Assembly (NCBI GenBank): GCA_963728665.1
Contig: CAVSLG010000007.1
Coordinates: forward strand, 12,715-76,714
DNA: 64,000 bases
Direction of reading: 5' to 3'
From: an uncultured Actinomycetes bacterium
Lineage (GTDB): Bacteria > Actinomycetota > UBA4738 > HRBIN12
Within the stretch, counting starts at the first letter, position 1. The number at the start of each line of letters is the position of its first letter. The position numbers and the translations under genes are program-made. This document shows, in pieces, positions 59,918 to 64,000 of this stretch. Below the pieces are notes generated by a model. That model saw only the letters and a list, made by a program, of their open reading frames with translations. It was not told where the DNA came from and searched no databases.

Positions 59918-61171
59918 ATGGACGAGTTTCCCGTAGCGACCAGCCCGGCACCGGGGGTCATGGGGGTCGACTGGGAGATGCGGGTCGACTTCGAACGCCT
60001 GCGCAGGTACCGCCTCGACCGCGTGCACCGGATGCTGGAGGAGTTCGATCTCGGCGCCGTGCTTCTCTTCGAGACGTCGAACATCCGGTACGCGACGGCG
60101 ACGCAGATCGGCTACTGGGCGTTCAACAAGGGGGAGCGGTGGGCGCTCGTCACACGCGAGGGCCGGCCGAAGATCTGGGACTTCGGCTCCGCGGCGAAGG
60201 CGCACCGGCTGCAGCTTCCGCACATGTATGACACCGAGAACTCCGTCGGCGGGAACACCGGGCTGCAGGGCGCGATCGGACCGGAGACCGGCCTGCACGC
60301 GCGAGCGGTGCGCGAGATCAAGGCCACTCTCGAGGACGCCGGCGTCGTGGCGGACAAGCTCGGCGTCGACCTCGCGGAGACCGCCGTGCTCCTCGCGCTG
60401 CAGGAAGGCGGACTCCGGGTCGTCGACGGCCAGCAGGCGATGATGCGCGCCCGCGAGATCAAGAGCCCTGACGAGATCGTGTTGCTGACGCAGGCGTGCG
60501 CGATGGTCGACGGCGTCTACCAGGACATCTTCGAGATGCTGAAGCCCGGCGTCCGGGAGTCCGACGTCGTCGGCCTTGCTCACGCGCGCCTGTTCGAGAT
60601 GGGCTCGGAATTCGTCGAGGCGGTGAACTCGATCGCCGGCGAGCGCTGCAGCCCGCATCCGCACGTGTTCAGCGACCGCATCATCAGGCCGGGCGACCAG
60701 GCGTACTTCGACATCATCCACGTCTTCAACGGCTATCGGACCTGCTACTACCGCACGTTCGTCGTCGGCCGCGCGACACAGGCCCAGCGAGACGCCTTCA
60801 AGCGCTCGCGCGAATGGATGGACGCCGCGATCGACCTCGTGCGACCCGGAACGACGACCGACCAGATCGCGAAGGTCTGGCCGCGCGCCGAGGAGTTCGG
60901 CTTCGCCGATGAGATGGACGCCTTCGGGCTGCAGTTCGGCCACGGCGTGGGCGTCGGCCTGCATGAACGCCCGATCATCAGCCGACTGAACTCGCTCGAG
61001 ACCCCGGTAGAGATCCAGGAGGGCATGCTCTTCGCGCTCGAGACATACGCCCCCGCCGCCGACGGACGTTCCGCCGCACGTATAGAGGAAGAGGTCGTCG
61101 TGACCGCCGACGGGTGCAAAGTCATCACCCTGTTCCCCTGCGAGGAGCTGATGGTTGCCAATGAGTACTGA
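59918..61171 (+). CDS. M24 family metallopeptidase-fold protein (creatinase/prolidase/DddP-like)
   Basis: ORF 59729..61171 with ATG 59918, preceded by GAGGAGGAG. Segments YFDIIHVFNGY, FGHGVGVGLHERP and FALETY. Confidence 0.8.
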   Translation: MDEFPVATSPAPGVMGVDWEMRVDFERLRRYRLDRVHRMLEEFDLGAVLLFETSNIRYATATQIGYWAFNKGERWALVTREGRPKIWDFGSAAKAHRLQLPHMYDTENSVGGNTGLQGAIGPETGLHARAVREIKATLEDAGVVADKLGVDLAETAVLLALQEGGLRVVDGQQAMMRAREIKSPDEIVLLTQACAMVDGVYQDIFEMLKPGVRESDVVGLAHARLFEMGSEFVEAVNSIAGERCSPHPHVFSDRIIRPGDQAYFDIIHVFNGYRTCYYRTFVVGRATQAQRDAFKRSREWMDAAIDLVRPGTTTDQIAKVWPRAEEFGFADEMDAFGLQFGHGVGVGLHERPIISRLNSLETPVEIQEGMLFALETYAPAADGRSAARIEEEVVVTADGCKVITLFPCEELMVANEY

Positions 61172-62234
61172 GGCCCACATCGACGACCGGTACGACTACG
61201 CGCTGAGGGAGCCTCGGCTCCCGGCGCCGATCGACCATTCTCTCGCCGAGGCGCCGATCGACCTCGACGTGCGACTCGGCATGTACCGCACCCTGCACCA
61301 GTTGCGCGGGTTCGGGAAGCGAGCCCACGACCTGTTCCTGCAGAACCTCGTGAAGGGCACGACGCATCTCTCGCTGGGCCAGGAAGCGGTCGCCGCGGGC
61401 TTCGGAGCGGCCTTACGGCCCCACGACTACACGTTCGCCACCTACCGGGGCCACGCGCATTCCCTCGCGCGCGGCATGGATCCCGGTGCGGCGATGGCCG
61501 AGCTGCTCGGTCGCGAGAACGGCATCCTCGGCGGCAAGGGCGGATCGATGCACCTCACCGATGCGTCGAAGGGCATGATGGGCTCCTACGCGATCATCGG
61601 CGCGCATCTGTGCACCGCGAACGGCGCGGCCTGGTCCGCCCTGATGCGGGGCACCGACCAGGTGGCGGTCGCGTTCTTCGGCGACGGCACCACGAACATC
61701 GGTGCGTTCCACGAGGCCCTCAACCTGGCGAAGGTCTGGAACCTGCCGAGCGTCTTCGTCTGCGAGAACAACCTCTACATGGAGTACACGCCGATCGACG
61801 CGGTCACCGCGGTCGAGCATCCCGCGGCGGGCCGGGCGGCCGCCTACGGCCTCGACGAGATCCTGATCGACGGCAACGACCCCGACGCCGTGCACCTGGC
61901 CGCCCGGGACGCGGTCGAGAAGGCCCGATCGGGAGGCGGGCCCTCGCTGATCGAGGCGATCACCTATCGGTCCGGCGGCCATTCCCGAGCAGATCCGGGG
62001 AAGTACCGCCCACCGGAAGAGGTTGGCGCCTGGGCCGAGCGCGATCCGATCCCGCTCTACCACGCACGGCTGCTGTCGCTGGGGGTGGAGGAGGAACGCC
62101 TCGAGTCGATCCAGGAAGAGGTCGCCCAGGCGATCGACGCCGCCACCGAGTTCGCGAAAGCGGGCGCCGAGCCGGGCGAGGGGTCGCTCATGACCGAGGT
62201 CTACGCCGACGGAGGTTCCCGATGGCGGAACTGA
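61161..62234 (+). CDS. TPP-dependent 2-oxoacid dehydrogenase E1 component, alpha subunit
   Basis: ORF 61155..62234. Segments MYRTLHQLRGFGKRAHDLFLQNLVKGTTHLSLGQEAV, GGKGGSMH, GDGTTNIG and VCENNLY. Confidence 0.9.
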   Translation: MSTEAHIDDRYDYALREPRLPAPIDHSLAEAPIDLDVRLGMYRTLHQLRGFGKRAHDLFLQNLVKGTTHLSLGQEAVAAGFGAALRPHDYTFATYRGHAHSLARGMDPGAAMAELLGRENGILGGKGGSMHLTDASKGMMGSYAIIGAHLCTANGAAWSALMRGTDQVAVAFFGDGTTNIGAFHEALNLAKVWNLPSVFVCENNLYMEYTPIDAVTAVEHPAAGRAAAYGLDEILIDGNDPDAVHLAARDAVEKARSGGGPSLIEAITYRSGGHSRADPGKYRPPEEVGAWAERDPIPLYHARLLSLGVEEERLESIQEEVAQAIDAATEFAKAGAEPGEGSLMTEVYADGGSRWRN

Positions 62235-63211
62235 CGTACCGCGAAGCTGTCGCCCACGGCATCGCACAGGAGATGCGGCGGGACCCGAGCCTCGTGATGC
62301 TGGGCGAGGACATCGCGGCCGCGGGCGGCGTCTTCAAGACCACGGTTGGGCTGCTCGACGAGTTCGGGCCCGACCGGGTCCGCGACACCCCGATCTCGGA
62401 GCAGGCGATCCTGGGCGCCGCGATGGGGGCGGCGATGACCGGCGTGCCGGTGATCGCCGAGATCATGTTCAGCGACTTCCTCGCGGTGTGCTGGGACATC
62501 GTCGCGAACGAGATCGCGAAGAGCCGGTACATGACGAACGGACAGGTGAGCTTCCCGCTCGTGATCAGGACGGCGAACGGGGGCGGCGTCCGCTTCGGCG
62601 CGCAGCACTCCCAGAGCGTAGAGAACTGGGCGATGATGATCCCGGGCCTCAAGGTCGTCGCGCCGTCGACACCCGAGGACGTCGTCGGGCTGATGGCCGC
62701 CTCGATCAGGGACCCCGACCCGGTCGTCTTCTTCGAGCACAAGGCCTTGATGGGCGCGAAGGCCGAGATCCCCGACGGTGAGATCGTCGACGAGCTCGGC
62801 ACGGCGAGGGTGGTCAGGGAGGGAACCGACGTCACGATCGCCGCCCTCGCGTCGATGGTGCCGCGCGCCGTCGAGGCGGCCGAGCGCCTGCACCTCGACG
62901 GCATCTCGGCGGAGGTGATCGACGTGCGGACGCTCGTGCCGCTCGACACGCGCGCCCTGCTCGCCTCGGTCGAGAAGACCGGCCGGTTCTTCACGGTGGA
63001 GGAGAACCCCCGGTTGTGCGGCTGGGGCGCCGAACTCGTGTCGATCGTCGCCGAGGAGGGCTTCTGGAACCTCGACGGCCCGAGCGTCCGCATCACCACG
63101 CCCCACATCCCGCTGCCCGCAGCAGCGTCGCTCGAGGATCTCGCGTTGCCGTCGGTCGACCGGATCTACGAAACGGTGTGCAAGGCCGCCGAGATCGGAG
63201 GCGGTGCGTGA
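62222..63211 (+). CDS. 2-oxoacid dehydrogenase E1 component, beta subunit
   Basis: Distal part of ORF 61610..63211. ATG 62222 (MAELTYREAVAHGIAQEMRRDPSLVMLGEDI). Segments DTPISEQAILGAAMGAAMTG. Confidence 0.9.
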   Translation: MAELTYREAVAHGIAQEMRRDPSLVMLGEDIAAAGGVFKTTVGLLDEFGPDRVRDTPISEQAILGAAMGAAMTGVPVIAEIMFSDFLAVCWDIVANEIAKSRYMTNGQVSFPLVIRTANGGGVRFGAQHSQSVENWAMMIPGLKVVAPSTPEDVVGLMAASIRDPDPVVFFEHKALMGAKAEIPDGEIVDELGTARVVREGTDVTIAALASMVPRAVEAAERLHLDGISAEVIDVRTLVPLDTRALLASVEKTGRFFTVEENPRLCGWGAELVSIVAEEGFWNLDGPSVRITTPHIPLPAAASLEDLALPSVDRIYETVCKAAEIGGGA

Positions 63212-64000
63212 GCGGGAAGCTCCACCTCCGCGGCGGGTGCATCCTCACCCTGGGCGCGAAGACGCCCAACCTCGCCGACGGTGACGTCGTGGTCGACGAC
63301 GGCATCGTGGCGGAGGTCGGCCGCGGGCTGCGCGCCCGCGACGCCGAGGTGGTCGACGCGACGGACACGATCGTGATGCCGGGATTCGTCGACACCCATA
63401 GGCATGCGTGGACGTCGCTCTTCCGCAACCTCGGCGAGCGTGGTGGGGACACACCGAGGTTGACGGCCGACGTGCGCGACCACTACACGCCCGACGACGT
63501 CTACGCCGCTGCGCTCGTCGGCCTGCTGGGTGCGGCGGAAGCGGGCATCACGACGGTGGTGGACTGGTGCGACCTTCCGCTCGACGACGCATCGGTCGAC
63601 GCCCTGCTGCGCGCCCACGCCGACTCCGGGATGCGCACGGTGGTCGTGCCCGCTTCGCAGGAACCTCCGACGCGAGAGCTCCTCACCCGTCTCCTCGGCG
63701 GAGCGGGATCTTCGACCACGGTCGCGTACGGGTCCGGGCAGACCGATCTCGACCGACTCGCGAGCGAGTGGGCCCTCGCCCGCGAGCTCGGCTTGCGCAT
63801 CCACGCGCACGCCGGCGCCGATGCCCCCGGCCCCGGGTGGGTCGCCGCGCTCGCCGAGCGAGGGCTCCTCGGTGAGGACGTCACGCTCGTGCATCACACG
63901 GCGCTCGCCGAGGCCGACATCGCGGCGATCGCGGCGTCCGGCGCGGCGGTCGCGTTCACGCCGTCGAGCGAGATGGCCACCGGGCACGGCGCGCCACCGA
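63208..64000 (+). CDS. Amidohydrolase family protein (cytosine/guanine deaminase-like), partial at window end
   Basis: Manual translation from GTG 63208 (overlaps the E1 beta stop as GTGA) gives VSGKLHLRGGCILTLGAKTPNLADGDVVVDDGIVAEVG...IVMPGFVDTHRHAWTS. The frame is open to base 64000, so it is absent from the ORF track. Confidence 0.8.
   Translation, partial: MSGKLHLRGGCILTLGAKTPNLADGDVVVDDGIVAEVGRGLRARDAEVVDATDTIVMPGFVDTHRHAWTSLFRNLGERGGDTPRLTADVRDHYTPDDVYAAALVGLLGAAEAGITTVVDWCDLPLDDASVDALLRAHADSGMRTVVVPASQEPPTRELLTRLLGGAGSSTTVAYGSGQTDLDRLASEWALARELGLRIHAHAGADAPGPGWVAALAERGLLGEDVTLVHHTALAEADIAAIAASGAAVAFTPSSEMATGHGAPP

Overview
High-GC (roughly 70%) actinobacterial chromosome around the replication origin. 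The core is dnaA-dnaN-recF-dciA-gyrB-gyrA, transcribed leftward from about 31.1 kb. Diverging from it, rpmH-rnpA-yidD-yidC-jag-rsmG-parA-parB runs rightward. Candidate DnaA-box clusters flank dnaA on both sides, and one perfect 16-bp parS palindrome lies inside the 5' end of rsmG. Further right, gene order matches the Mycobacterium tuberculosis Rv3907c-Rv3915 neighbourhood from memory: cwlM, trxA, trxB, anti-sigma, ECF sigma, murJ, a large secreted protein, NUDIX and the CCA enzyme. Extra genes are inserted there (ddl, aminotransferase, frameshifted LLM oxidoreductase, TauE, orphan pilT, SulP, lipid kinase, PAP2). Left of gyrA lie the DUF3566-type membrane protein, tRNA-Ile and, 8.8 kb further on, tRNA-Ala. 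The segment between the two tRNAs holds the most unusual content. It is a six-ORF minus-strand operon (14134..17616) that combines MauD-like, MauA-like (Tat-exported, 10 Cys, single Trp) and MauE-like proteins with a 23-residue tandem-repeat protein, a 34-codon hydrophobic micro-ORF and a membrane-anchored protein. No methylamine dehydrogenase heavy chain, MauG or amicyanin is present in the window. Other notable points follow. Tandem PQQ-sugar-dehydrogenase paralogs are present, one with its signal peptide thrown out of frame by a 40-bp segment bounded by 12-bp direct repeats. Two apparent +1 frameshifts each sit in a GGGATT context (ParA tail, LLM oxidoreductase). There is a beta-lactamase-fold/2H-phosphoesterase fusion and a WCVPC thioredoxin. 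No rRNA, CRISPR array, transposase or integrase was seen. Many long ORFs in the track are off-frame or antisense shadows typical of high-GC DNA and were not called. Family assignments come from motif recognition by eye, not from database searches.
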